From positions 3,913-67,912 of the forward strand of contig JAPPMC010000194.1 in assembly GCA_028819235.1 (NCBI GenBank): DNA of 64,000 bases, read 5' to 3'. Positions 45,362-54,355 of the stretch are shown one piece after another. Positions within the stretch are counted from its first letter, which is position 1. Each line of letters begins with the position of its first letter. The notes under the pieces are model-generated. The model was not told the origin of the DNA and made no database searches. It saw only the letters and a list, made by a program, of their open reading frames with translations. A program made the position numbers and the translations under genes. This stretch comes from Bryobacterales bacterium (GTDB taxonomy: Bacteria; Acidobacteriota; Terriglobia; Bryobacterales; UBA6623).

Positions 45362-47088
45362 AGGGCTTGCTCGACCGCGGCGTCAAGGCGTCGCAGGGCT
45401 TGGACGGCATTCCCGCCGGTGTCGAGCCGCAGAGCACGACGCCCGAGGCGGCAGAGCACGGCAAAGTCTCCGAGGGCCTGAGCCTCCTTGACTGTGCCGA
45501 AGTCGAGATCGCGACCGGGGGCGGCCAGCTGGGGCCCGGCGACGCCTCCGATCTGCAGGAAGACGCCGGTGTTTGGCCCGCCCTTGTGCATCTGGCCCGT
45601 GGAATGCAGGAATCGAGGGCCGAACCCGCATGTGGCCGCCACCCTCGAGTGCCTGGCGACCCTTGAGCGGATCCGCTCCGCGAGGGCTACGGTCTCCGGC
45701 GTCCGGTTGACGTACGCCAGCAGGGCAAAGTAGTCGCCCTTCCGCAAGCTGGCGACCAGTTCTTGCAGAGCTGCGGGAACACTGCTGGGCGCGTCGGTCG
45801 GGCTGGCGGCGCTCAGCAGCGCCGGACTTGCGTGCAATGCGGCCCATTCGGTTCGCAGCCATGGCTGCCCGATTGGAAGCGAGCCCCTGGCCTCGTAGGC
45901 CTCGGCGACCTCGCGTGTCGCGGCCTTGCTGGACTCCACGTCGGGCTGGTCGAACGGATTGATGCCCAGAACAGCCCCCGCCACCGCAGTGGCGAATTCC
46001 CACCTGAAGAACTCCTGCCCCAGACTCGCCATGTCTCGCACGCGAACTCTGATGACCGGGTGGCCCGCCGCCCGCAGTTCGTCCAGCGCTGATTTCTGGA
46101 CGGAGCCTCCTTCCGAGGCTAGTTGGACGCTCGCAAAGATGCAGTCATCCCCATGGTCGGAGGGCCTCAGGGAAGCGCCGTCAACTGGTAGGATGCCACG
46201 GCCCAGTTTTCCGGTCGACTCTGCGATGAGCTGTTCGACCCAGGCTCCGAGTGGAGCGATGCCTGGCGAGCAGGACAGGCACAGCTTGTCGCGTCCCGCG
46301 ACTGCGGCGGCCCCCAATGCGAGCCCCAGGCGCAATCCTGGATTCGCCTCGACCGGGGACGCGGGCCGGCACTCGGCCTGCATTGCGCTCGCGCCCTTGA
46401 GGATGCGGGGGACATCCAGCCCCATCGCAGCGGCTGGCACCATCCCAAAGTTCGAGAGAGCGGAATAGCGGCCGCCGATGGACGGCTTGCCGTGAGAGAC
46501 ACGCCAGAACGCGCGCTTGCGGGCTACAGCCCCCAGCCTAGAGCCTGGGTCGGTGATCGCTACAAATCTCGAGCCAGCCCGCACTGCGCCGATCCGCCGG
46601 GATACCAACCCGAAGAAGAATTCCGTGAGCAGCGAAGTCTCCAAGGTCGAACCGGACTTGCTGGCCGAGAGGAAGAGCGTCGACTCGATCTGGATCGAAC
46701 CAATACAGTCCTGTATCTGCTGGGGGTCTGTGGAGTCGAGAATGCGGAAGTCGGGAAAGCCCTCCACCCGCCCGAAGCATTCACGCAACACTTCCGGGCA
46801 GAGGCTTGAGCCACCCATTCCGAGCAACACGGCATCTGTGAATCGTCCGCGGACATCTGAGGCAAGCTCCTCAAGCCTCTCCGTAGCTGCCGCCAGTTCG
46901 GTGGCGATAGTGAGCCACCCGAGCCAGTCGCCCTCGTCAGCCGAAGTCCAAAGAGTAGCGTCGCCGCGCCAAAGGCGTCCCAGATTGTCGGAGGCCGCCC
47001 ACTGCTCGGTCAGGTCGCGGACCGCGACCTCCAGCCTAGGGGGCAAGAACTCGTCCTGGGGATTGATTGTGAGCATAGGAGGTCTCAT
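45355..47088 (-). CDS. pgi: Glucose-6-phosphate isomerase
   Basis: 577 aa. LWRGDATLWTSADEGDWLGWL…LLGMGGSSLCPEV…FLSASKSGSTLET… is the pattern of long-form bacterial PGI. It converges on the acyl-CoA dehydrogenase gene with a 7-bp overlap. Confidence 0.8.
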   Translation of the reverse strand: MRPPMLTINPQDEFLPPRLEVAVRDLTEQWAASDNLGRLWRGDATLWTSADEGDWLGWLTIATELAAATERLEELASDVRGRFTDAVLLGMGGSSLCPEVLRECFGRVEGFPDFRILDSTDPQQIQDCIGSIQIESTLFLSASKSGSTLETSLLTEFFFGLVSRRIGAVRAGSRFVAITDPGSRLGAVARKRAFWRVSHGKPSIGGRYSALSNFGMVPAAAMGLDVPRILKGASAMQAECRPASPVEANPGLRLGLALGAAAVAGRDKLCLSCSPGIAPLGAWVEQLIAESTGKLGRGILPVDGASLRPSDHGDDCIFASVQLASEGGSVQKSALDELRAAGHPVIRVRVRDMASLGQEFFRWEFATAVAGAVLGINPFDQPDVESSKAATREVAEAYEARGSLPIGQPWLRTEWAALHASPALLSAASPTDAPSSVPAALQELVASLRKGDYFALLAYVNRTPETVALAERIRSRVARHSRVAATCGFGPRFLHSTGQMHKGGPNTGVFLQIGGVAGPQLAAPGRDLDFGTVKEAQALGDFAVLCRLGRRALRLDTGGNAVQALRRLDAAVEQALQ

Positions 47089-47564
47089 AGGGAGCCCGCC
47101 GCCGGCAGGAAAGCTGTCGCCGGCGGGTAGAAGGGAAATACTGCGGGGATCGCCGCGCGGAGGCTGTCCGCCGGCCCAGATCGCAATCGTAGCAATCGGA
47201 CGGAGTCGGGGCGACCTTGCCGGTCACTTGCATATGGCCGGGCAATCGGGTCTCTTCGGCTCGACGGTGAAGCCTCGTACGGCGTGACGCGCAGGCCACA
47301 GGCGCCGACCTGTTCGACATCACGGGCTGGCGGGGAGTGCAACTCTTGCAGCCTGACGACCGTCAGATTGGACTGAGGTGTTCCGCAAACGGTGAGAGAG
47401 CGCTTTCGCGAAGGTTTGAGCCATTGCGGTGATCCGTACGTACGTGGACGGGCGACTCGCGTGGAGCTGCGAGCATTCCGGCGGGGGAAGGCTGGCCCAC
47501 CTAGCTCCCGAACCAACGCGGCCCAGACGATTTGGGCGGTTGAAGTAACTGCGAGGAAACAAAG

Positions 47565-49700
47565 ATGAACTGGACCGCTCTGTGCCCAACGTTGGCACTC
47601 GTTCTATCGTCGCTGCCGATTGCGATGGTGGCACCTCGGGCGATTGGGCAAGATCCAGGAGGGTCCGAGGAGGCGGGATCGAGGCCTGTGCTCACTGCAG
47701 GAGCGCCTAAACCTCGAACCTCATTGGATGCTGAGGCCTTGGAAGCGATTCGGACGGCCGCAGTGAACGGTGAAGCCAATGCCCAGCGAGTACTGGGCAT
47801 CGCGTACCAAGAAGGCCGGCTCCTGCCGCAGGACCATGTCCAATCCGCCGGCTGGTACCGCAAGGCTGCTGACCAGGGTGACGCGACAGCACAATTGCTG
47901 CTCGGTGCGCTGTACGACACCGGCTTGGGTGTTCCGGAGGACCATGTGGAGGCGGCGCAATGGTATCGCAAGGCAGCTGATCAGGCTCACGCAATAGCCC
48001 AATGGACCATCGGGTCCATGTACCACCGGGGTCGGGGAGTCCAGCAGAACGATGCGGAAGCGTTGGAGTGGTTTCGCAAGGCTGCCCATCAGGGGAACCG
48101 GGGAGGCCAAATCGCCGTCGGCATGCTGTACGAGCGCGGTCAAGGGGTAGCGGAGGATTCCGTTCGCGCATTGGCTTGGTATGGGATTGCCGCCAGTCAG
48201 GGCTCCAAAGTGGCGGCGAGATTCAAGGACCGTCTTCAGGAGCGTATGACCGCCGAGCAAATTGCCGAGGCACAGAGTCTCGGCGCCGAGTTGTCGGAGC
48301 AGATCGGTCAGGGCCAGTCGGGACCTCGAGAGATTGGAAGGGATCCGAGACCGACTTCGCAAGCGCGATCAATGGTCGTGTTGAGGGCAGGAACGCCCAA
48401 CCTTCGAACGTCCTTCGATGCAGAGGCCGTGGAATCGATTCGGGAGGGCGCAGTGAACGGTGAAGTTAGGGCCCAGCGGAGGCTCGGCATCGCATACCAA
48501 GAAGGACGGGTCCTGCCGAGGGACCATGCCCAATCTGCTCTCTGGTACCGCAAGGCCGCCGATCAGGGGGATGCGACAGCACAATGGCTGCTCGGTGCCT
48601 TGTACGACAGCGGCCAGGGTGTGCCCGAGGACCATGTGGAGGCGGCGCTTTGGTATCGCAAGGCCGCCGATCAGGGGCTTGCACAAGCCCAGTGGACCGT
48701 CGGATCCATGTACCAGCGAGGCCGTGGGGTTGCAAAGAACGATGCGGAGGCCGCGGAGTGGTTTCTCAAGTCTGCCCTTCAGGGGAACCGAGGAGGCCAG
48801 GCCGCCGTCGGCATCATGTACGAGCGGGGTCAAGGTGTAGCTCAAGATCTCGTTCGCGCCTTGGCTTGGTACGAGATTGCCATCAGTCAGGACTCCAAGG
48901 TGGCTGCCAGGTACAAGGACGAGCTCCAGGAACGCATGACCGCCGAGCAGATTGCCGAGGCGCGGAGTCTGAGCGCCGCGCTGTCGGAGCAGATCAGTCA
49001 GGGCCAGTCGGCACGTCGAGTGGTTGGAGTGAATCCGAGACCGGCTTCGCAAGCGCGATCAATGAATGTGCTGAGGGCAGGAACGCCCAACCTTCGAACG
49101 TCCTTCGATGCAGAGGCCTTGGAATCGATTCGGGCGACCGCCGAGAACGGTGAAGCTAGGGCCCAGCGGAGCCTCGGCATCGCATACCAGGAAGGCCGGG
49201 TCCTGCCGAGGGACCATGCCCAATCCGCGCTCTGGTACCGCAAGGCCGCTGATCAGGGGGACGCGACAGCACAATGGCTGCTCGGTGCCCTGTACGACAG
49301 CGGCCAAGGAGTGACCGAGGACCATGTGGAGGCGGCGCTATGGTATCGCAAGGCCGCCGATCAAGGTCTCGCGGTAGCCCAGTGGACGATTGGATCCATG
49401 TATCAGCGGGGCCGTGGGGTTCCGCAGAGTGATGCTGAGGCTGCGGAGTGGTTTCTCAAGGCTGCCCATCAGGGGAACCGAGGAGGTCAGATCGCCGTCG
49501 CCATCATGTACGAGCGTGGTCAAGGGGTAGCCCAAGATTCGGTTCGCGCCTTGGCTTGGTACGACATTGCCGCCAGTCAGGACTCCAACGTGGCAGCCAG
49601 ATTCAAGGATGAGCTGCGGGAACGCCTGACCAGCGAGCAGATTGCAGAGGCGCGTAACCTCAGCGCCGCGTTGTCGGAGCAGATCAGCCAGGACGAGTGA
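47565..49700 (+). CDS. Secreted Sel1-like repeat (SLR/TPR-family) protein, internally triplicated
   Basis: Signal-like N-terminus MNWTALCPTLALVLSSLPIAMVAP. It has many AQxxLGxxYxxGxGVxxDxxxAxxWYRKAADQG repeats and three ~230-aa super-repeats. Confidence 0.9.
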   Translation: MNWTALCPTLALVLSSLPIAMVAPRAIGQDPGGSEEAGSRPVLTAGAPKPRTSLDAEALEAIRTAAVNGEANAQRVLGIAYQEGRLLPQDHVQSAGWYRKAADQGDATAQLLLGALYDTGLGVPEDHVEAAQWYRKAADQAHAIAQWTIGSMYHRGRGVQQNDAEALEWFRKAAHQGNRGGQIAVGMLYERGQGVAEDSVRALAWYGIAASQGSKVAARFKDRLQERMTAEQIAEAQSLGAELSEQIGQGQSGPREIGRDPRPTSQARSMVVLRAGTPNLRTSFDAEAVESIREGAVNGEVRAQRRLGIAYQEGRVLPRDHAQSALWYRKAADQGDATAQWLLGALYDSGQGVPEDHVEAALWYRKAADQGLAQAQWTVGSMYQRGRGVAKNDAEAAEWFLKSALQGNRGGQAAVGIMYERGQGVAQDLVRALAWYEIAISQDSKVAARYKDELQERMTAEQIAEARSLSAALSEQISQGQSARRVVGVNPRPASQARSMNVLRAGTPNLRTSFDAEALESIRATAENGEARAQRSLGIAYQEGRVLPRDHAQSALWYRKAADQGDATAQWLLGALYDSGQGVTEDHVEAALWYRKAADQGLAVAQWTIGSMYQRGRGVPQSDAEAAEWFLKAAHQGNRGGQIAVAIMYERGQGVAQDSVRALAWYDIAASQDSNVAARFKDELRERLTSEQIAEARNLSAALSEQISQDE
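47674..49700. repeat. About 2.9 tandem copies of a ~690-bp unit inside the Sel1-repeat gene
   Basis: gcgcgatcaatg(g/a)…ctgagggcaggaacgcccaaccttcgaacgtccttcgatgcagaggcc occurs at 48364 and 49054, a 690-bp period. Copies 2 and 3 are near-identical over long stretches. Copy 1 (from about 47674) is more diverged. Confidence 0.9.
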
Positions 49701-50009
49701 GGACCTCTAGAGGTCAAGGTCGTCGGGCGATCGAAACGGGGTTGGCCCCATGTTGGCTAGAGAAGACGCCACCGGCGAGGCTACAGCATCGTCACCGATT
49801 CGCCCGTCGATAGCGGGGAATCTCGATCGTTTCGTCGCTATGTCGGACGCGGTTGCGGGCTGGTCCGGACGCTGCAGCGACCTCAGCAGGTCTGCCGATA
49901 GGATGTTCGAGCCAACATCGTCCGACTTACTTGTCCCTTGCCAGTTGCTGCCCCTTGGTTTGGGACTGCCCCGCAGCCGGTTGCTTGCGGGAATTCGCGC
50001 TGACCCACT

Positions 50010-51101
50010 ATGAGTGCATCAACGCCCCGAACGAAGGCATCTTGTCCTGCGTCTACGCGGTCGGCTCGCTGCGACAGCTCGCGTTCCGCTGTCGTGAGGG
50101 TAGCAGCGGGACTCTTGATCCTCGCCGCGACAAGTACTGCCCAGGTCTCCGAGCCAGCGAACGCAGACCCCCGCCTAATCATCAAGGCCGAATCGAACCT
50201 CGTTCTCGTGCCTCTTCATGTGTCGAAGGGAAGGAATGCGGTGGCCGGACTCGGCCCCGAGGACTTTGAGGTGTTCGAAGACGGGATACGCCAAGAAATC
50301 GCCTTCGTCGAGACCTCCGGCGCTCAGGGCGAAGCGATCTCGCAGCGGCGCAGCGTACCGAAAGAGATCATCTTCCTGATTGACGTCAGCATCAGCGTAT
50401 CTAGGTGGAGGCTGTTGGACGACCAAGCGATCCGCAAGGGTATCCTCGACGCCTTGACTGAGGACTTTCTAGTTTCAGTGTACGGGTTCGGGATCACCCT
50501 CAAGCAGTACGCCGCACCGACTCGCGATCCCGCCGAACTGGTACGAGCCCTCTACCAGCTGGCCTTGTCCAGGGAAGGCCAAAGCCGTGTCTACCAGTCT
50601 GTGTTCCATGTGCTTCACCACGCAGCAGCGAGGGGAGGGAACGCCAGACGGAGGCTGTTCGTCTTCTCGGACGGATTGGACACCACCAGATTCAAACCGG
50701 ACCGGGTGGTGCAAACGGCCAGGACGTTGGGGATTTCCATCAATCCCGTAACGGTTGCCGGTCCAGAAGTGTCTCATATTCCCACAGGACCCAAGCGGAT
50801 CGACCAGAGCATCTCCAAGCGCCGCGCCGCGCTATCCAGAATGGACTACGACGCCCATACCGGCCAGTTCCAAAGCCTTGGTCGGCGGACGGGCGGACGC
50901 AAGTACGAAATCGACTTGATGGACTGGAGATCGCTATCCCGCGTTACAGAGTCGGTTGCGGAACTGGCCCGGACCGAGTATGTCGTAGGCTACTACCCCG
51001 GCCTGATCGACGACGAGATGACGACGCACGAGGTGAAGGTGCTGCTGAAAGACAAGAGGACCGGCACGCTGCGGGGCGGGAGGCGCCTTGTCGCTCACTG
51101 A
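50010..51101 (+). CDS. VWFA-related acidobacterial-type domain protein (TIGR03436-like)
   Basis: …IIKAESNLVLVPLHVSKGRNAVAGLGPEDFEVFEDGIRQEIAFVE… followed by a VWA-like core (IFLIDVSISV…FVFSDGLDT). The start is uncertain. Confidence 0.75.
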   Translation: MSASTPRTKASCPASTRSARCDSSRSAVVRVAAGLLILAATSTAQVSEPANADPRLIIKAESNLVLVPLHVSKGRNAVAGLGPEDFEVFEDGIRQEIAFVETSGAQGEAISQRRSVPKEIIFLIDVSISVSRWRLLDDQAIRKGILDALTEDFLVSVYGFGITLKQYAAPTRDPAELVRALYQLALSREGQSRVYQSVFHVLHHAAARGGNARRRLFVFSDGLDTTRFKPDRVVQTARTLGISINPVTVAGPEVSHIPTGPKRIDQSISKRRAALSRMDYDAHTGQFQSLGRRTGGRKYEIDLMDWRSLSRVTESVAELARTEYVVGYYPGLIDDEMTTHEVKVLLKDKRTGTLRGGRRLVAH

Positions 51102-51492
51102 ATCGCCGCGAGCCACCGAACCCGGCCCTGCGTTGGGAGATCAACTACCCCGCAAGCGGCAAGCACACCGCTACCCCGACTCATAGCCGAAACCGCCGAC
51201 CGACTGCTGGCGACCTAATTCGGAGTCGATCTGGGGTGGTCTGTGCCGTTCTCCCGCACCAAGTACGCCATCAGGCACACATCGAAGAAACACTCTGATC
51301 CCGGACGCCGGGCGATCAGGCATGGCATGGAAGGATAGAGAAAGCAGATCGGCGCTAGAGACCTAAGCACGCCAAGCCGTTCCGATCCGGCTGATAGCGT
51401 CGCCCAACTGCTGAAGATCGGAGGACAGCTCTAGCTCGGCGCCCGGGACCACAAGAAGGCTGGGCGCGCGGAGCATGCTCTAAGCCAACGCT

Positions 51493-53013
51493 TTATAGGG
51501 TCCGGGTCGCCCCTTCGTCTGTAATCGATTGCAAGAGGTCCCTGAGACGACTCACAACATCGGGATGTTGCCTGAACAGGTTGTTCCGCTCGCCAATGTC
51601 ATTCTCCAGATCGTACAGCTGCCCTTTCGGATCATCAGGGCCGGGACTCTTCTCCTGTGCCCTCCAGTGCGCGTAACCGAAACTCCCCTGACCATCGATG
51701 AGCTTCCACTTTCCTTCGCGCACCGCACGCTTTCCCGTGCCACCGGCCGTGACGACCAGAGAAGGACGTAGGGGTGACTGATACTCCTCTCCCAACAGTG
51801 CGGGCAGGATGTTGAAGCTGTCAGGACCTGCGCCCTGCGAGAGCTTTTGCCCGGTCAAGGCCGCGAGCGTGGCGAGCATGTCATTCAGGCTGATCATTTC
51901 CGAAGAGCGTGCGCCCTCTTCGATCCTGCCCGGCCACCGCGCGAGGAAGGGCACCCTGTGGCCACCCTCGTAGAGATCGCCTTTCCGGCCTTGCATCACA
52001 GGACCCATCGGCCGGTGACCCTCCTCGTCGCTGCGAGACGCTCCGTTGTCGCTGGTGAAGATTACGAGCGTGCCTTCCGCCAACCCTAACCGGTCAAGCG
52101 CCGTCAGCACCTCCCCCACTGACCAGTCCAGCTCGTGGATTGAGTCTCCGCGGGCGCCAATCGGACTGGTGCCATCGAAACGGGGGTGATGCTCGTTCGG
52201 TATGTGCGGCTGATGTGGTGCGTAATACAAGAAGAACGGCTCCCGCTTCCCGGCAAGCTGCTCCAACTGATTCACGGCTTTGGCGGTCAGCTGATCACCC
52301 AGATCCTCGTGTCTCCAGCGGGCGCCGTCACCTCCCTCCATAGCTCCGTAGTTCTCCGACTCCATGCTGCCGATTGGACTGTCCTCCCGTAGACCTTCGA
52401 CACGGTGGTTCTCCACCAGCACGTACGGCGGGAAGCTATTGGCGACCGGGATTCCATAGAAGTAGTCGAATCCGACCTCGAGCGGGCCAGGCTTTAGCTC
52501 TCCGTTCCAGTCCGGCCCGCCAGTCCGACTGCTCCATGCGTTCGGCGGACCTTGCCGGTCTCGGGCGAAGTCGTCCTCGCGGCCGAAGCCCAAGTGCCAC
52601 TTGCCAACGAGCGAGGTGTTGTACCCGGCCGCCTTGAGCAAGGATGCCAAAGTCATGCGACCTGCCTCGATCAACAGTGGAGCGTCTGTGCTTAGGGCGC
52701 TGTACTTCAGCCATGTCCGCCAGGAATAACGGCCCGTCAGGAGTCCGTAGCGAGTCGGCGTGCATGTTGACGCATCGGTGTGAGCGTCAGTAAACTGCAT
52801 TCCCTCGGTGGCCAAGCGGTCGATGTTGGGAGTCCGCACCAGTGTTGCACCGTAAGAGCTGAGGTCGCCATACCCCAGATCGTCTGCGAGGATCAGCACA
52901 ATGTTCGGATCGCCCGGAGCTGGCCCCGGCGCACATGCCGACGCCAAGAATGCGGCCGCGAAGACCACCCCCGTCCCGGGTGCGCGCATTAGGCCGCCAG
53001 ATTGCCGCCCCAA
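51493..53013 (-). CDS. Arylsulfatase (Cys-type formylglycine sulfatase family)
   Basis: NIVLILADDLGYGDLSSYGA…STCTPTRYGLLTGRY (the C-x-P-x-R formylglycine motif)…GKWHLG…FTSDNG. Confidence 0.9.
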   Translation of the reverse strand: MGRQSGGLMRAPGTGVVFAAAFLASACAPGPAPGDPNIVLILADDLGYGDLSSYGATLVRTPNIDRLATEGMQFTDAHTDASTCTPTRYGLLTGRYSWRTWLKYSALSTDAPLLIEAGRMTLASLLKAAGYNTSLVGKWHLGFGREDDFARDRQGPPNAWSSRTGGPDWNGELKPGPLEVGFDYFYGIPVANSFPPYVLVENHRVEGLREDSPIGSMESENYGAMEGGDGARWRHEDLGDQLTAKAVNQLEQLAGKREPFFLYYAPHQPHIPNEHHPRFDGTSPIGARGDSIHELDWSVGEVLTALDRLGLAEGTLVIFTSDNGASRSDEEGHRPMGPVMQGRKGDLYEGGHRVPFLARWPGRIEEGARSSEMISLNDMLATLAALTGQKLSQGAGPDSFNILPALLGEEYQSPLRPSLVVTAGGTGKRAVREGKWKLIDGQGSFGYAHWRAQEKSPGPDDPKGQLYDLENDIGERNNLFRQHPDVVSRLRDLLQSITDEGATRTL

Positions 53014-53079
53014 GCAGGCCCCCTCCCGAAGCTCGTGGCCGCCATCGAGATGGATGCCTCTTCGGGCAACACCGAACGC

Positions 53080-54342
53080 TCAGAGCTCGGCTAGAGTTCC
53101 CGTGCTAGAGCCGAACTGATCCGTCTCGACCCCCAACCGCTGCAGCATGCTGACGTACAGATTGCAGAGCGGCGTGTTGTTGTCAAGGTTGTAAGCCATA
53201 TGTCGCCCGTGGCGGAAGCCACCCCCTGCGAGGATGATCGGCAGGTTGCGCGTGTCATGGATATTCGCGTCGCTGAGGTTGCTGCCGTACAGCGTCATGG
53301 TGTTGTCGAGCAGCGTGCCGTCTTCCTCTTCGACAGAGTCCAGCGAGCCGAGCAGGTCTCCCAGCATGCGCATCTGTTCGATCTCGATTTCTTCGAGCTG
53401 CGTCAGCTTCACTTGGTCCATGCTGTGGTGCGTCAGGCCGTGGTACCAGGGGTATTGCTTTCCGTTGGGCAGCGTGAGGCCTGGCGTCGTCGTACCCGCG
53501 ATGAACAACGTGACCAACCGCGTGGAGTCCGTCTCAAGCGCCAGCCTCACCATGCGGTACATCAGGTCCAGCTTCTTGATGTAGTCATACTTCGTCGGCG
53601 GGTCGACCGGGACCTCAAGACTGGTCTGCGGCTTCGGCTTTCGCTCCCATTCCCGCTGATCCGCTAGGCGGTTTTCCAAGTCCCGCACTGCCGTCTGGTA
53701 CTGGTCCAAGCGCCGCTGGTCACGGGAACCGAGCCTCGACTGGAAGTCGCGGGCCTGTCGGGAAACAGCGTCGAGGACGCTGCCGCGGTGACGCAGCCGG
53801 GTCACCTCTCGCTCGACTGTCTCCGAATCCCCCTGCAAGAACATCTTGCGGAACAGAGCCGACGCGCTCTCTATCGCGGGAATCTCTACGCCCGACCGTG
53901 TGAACGAGAGGCTCTTCGGGTGGTTCACGGCCAGGGGCAGCGCCGGGAAGCGCGTCAGGTGCCCGATTTCGCTCGCCGCGACCTGATCGACTGAGATCGT
54001 ATTCCTGAACGATAGGCGTCCCGGGTGGGGTGCCGACGTCAGAAAGCTCTGGTCCGACTTGTGAGAGCCGTCGACTTCCGGGTGCGAGAGTCCGCTGAAG
54101 ACCGTGAATCGCTCTCGGTGCTGGGACAGCAACTCGAGATACGGGGACGCCTTGTAGTCACGGCCCTCGCCCGTGGGGGAGAACAGCGAAGGGATGAAGC
54201 CGAGATCTTGGCAGATCATCAGCATGCGCAGCGGAGTCTTGCGCGTGGAATTGGCTGCGGATTTGAACCAAGGCAGGCCCAGAGCGACAGCCCCGGCCTT
54301 CAGCAATCTGCGCCGTGGAATGGCTCTGCGGCTCTCTCTCAT
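53080..54342 (-). CDS. DUF1552 family protein with twin-arginine-type signal
   Basis: MRESRRAIPRRRLLKAGAVALGLPWF… It has the size and the C-terminal …LPIILAGGGFRHG… pattern of DUF1552, and sits directly downstream of a DUF1592-type gene, which is the usual pairing. I chose ATG 54342 to avoid a 32-nt overlap. Confidence 0.7.
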   Translation of the reverse strand: MRESRRAIPRRRLLKAGAVALGLPWFKSAANSTRKTPLRMLMICQDLGFIPSLFSPTGEGRDYKASPYLELLSQHRERFTVFSGLSHPEVDGSHKSDQSFLTSAPHPGRLSFRNTISVDQVAASEIGHLTRFPALPLAVNHPKSLSFTRSGVEIPAIESASALFRKMFLQGDSETVEREVTRLRHRGSVLDAVSRQARDFQSRLGSRDQRRLDQYQTAVRDLENRLADQREWERKPKPQTSLEVPVDPPTKYDYIKKLDLMYRMVRLALETDSTRLVTLFIAGTTTPGLTLPNGKQYPWYHGLTHHSMDQVKLTQLEEIEIEQMRMLGDLLGSLDSVEEEDGTLLDNTMTLYGSNLSDANIHDTRNLPIILAGGGFRHGRHMAYNLDNNTPLCNLYVSMLQRLGVETDQFGSSTGTLAEL

Positions 54343-54355
54343 GCGTTCCCCCTCG

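Noticed and set aside
49702-49715. Perfect 14-bp palindrome gacctctagaggtc immediately after the Sel1 gene stop, considered as a terminator.
   Set aside because: No loop and no following T-tract. It may be a weak hairpin or a protein site, but there is not enough support for a terminator call.
51330-51480. Small 37-codon minus-strand frame (MLRAPSLLVVPGAELELSSDLQQLGDAISRIGTAWRA) upstream of the first sulfatase, considered as a small antitoxin-like gene or fragment.
   Set aside because: It is too short, has no partner gene and no recognisable motif, and could be chance.
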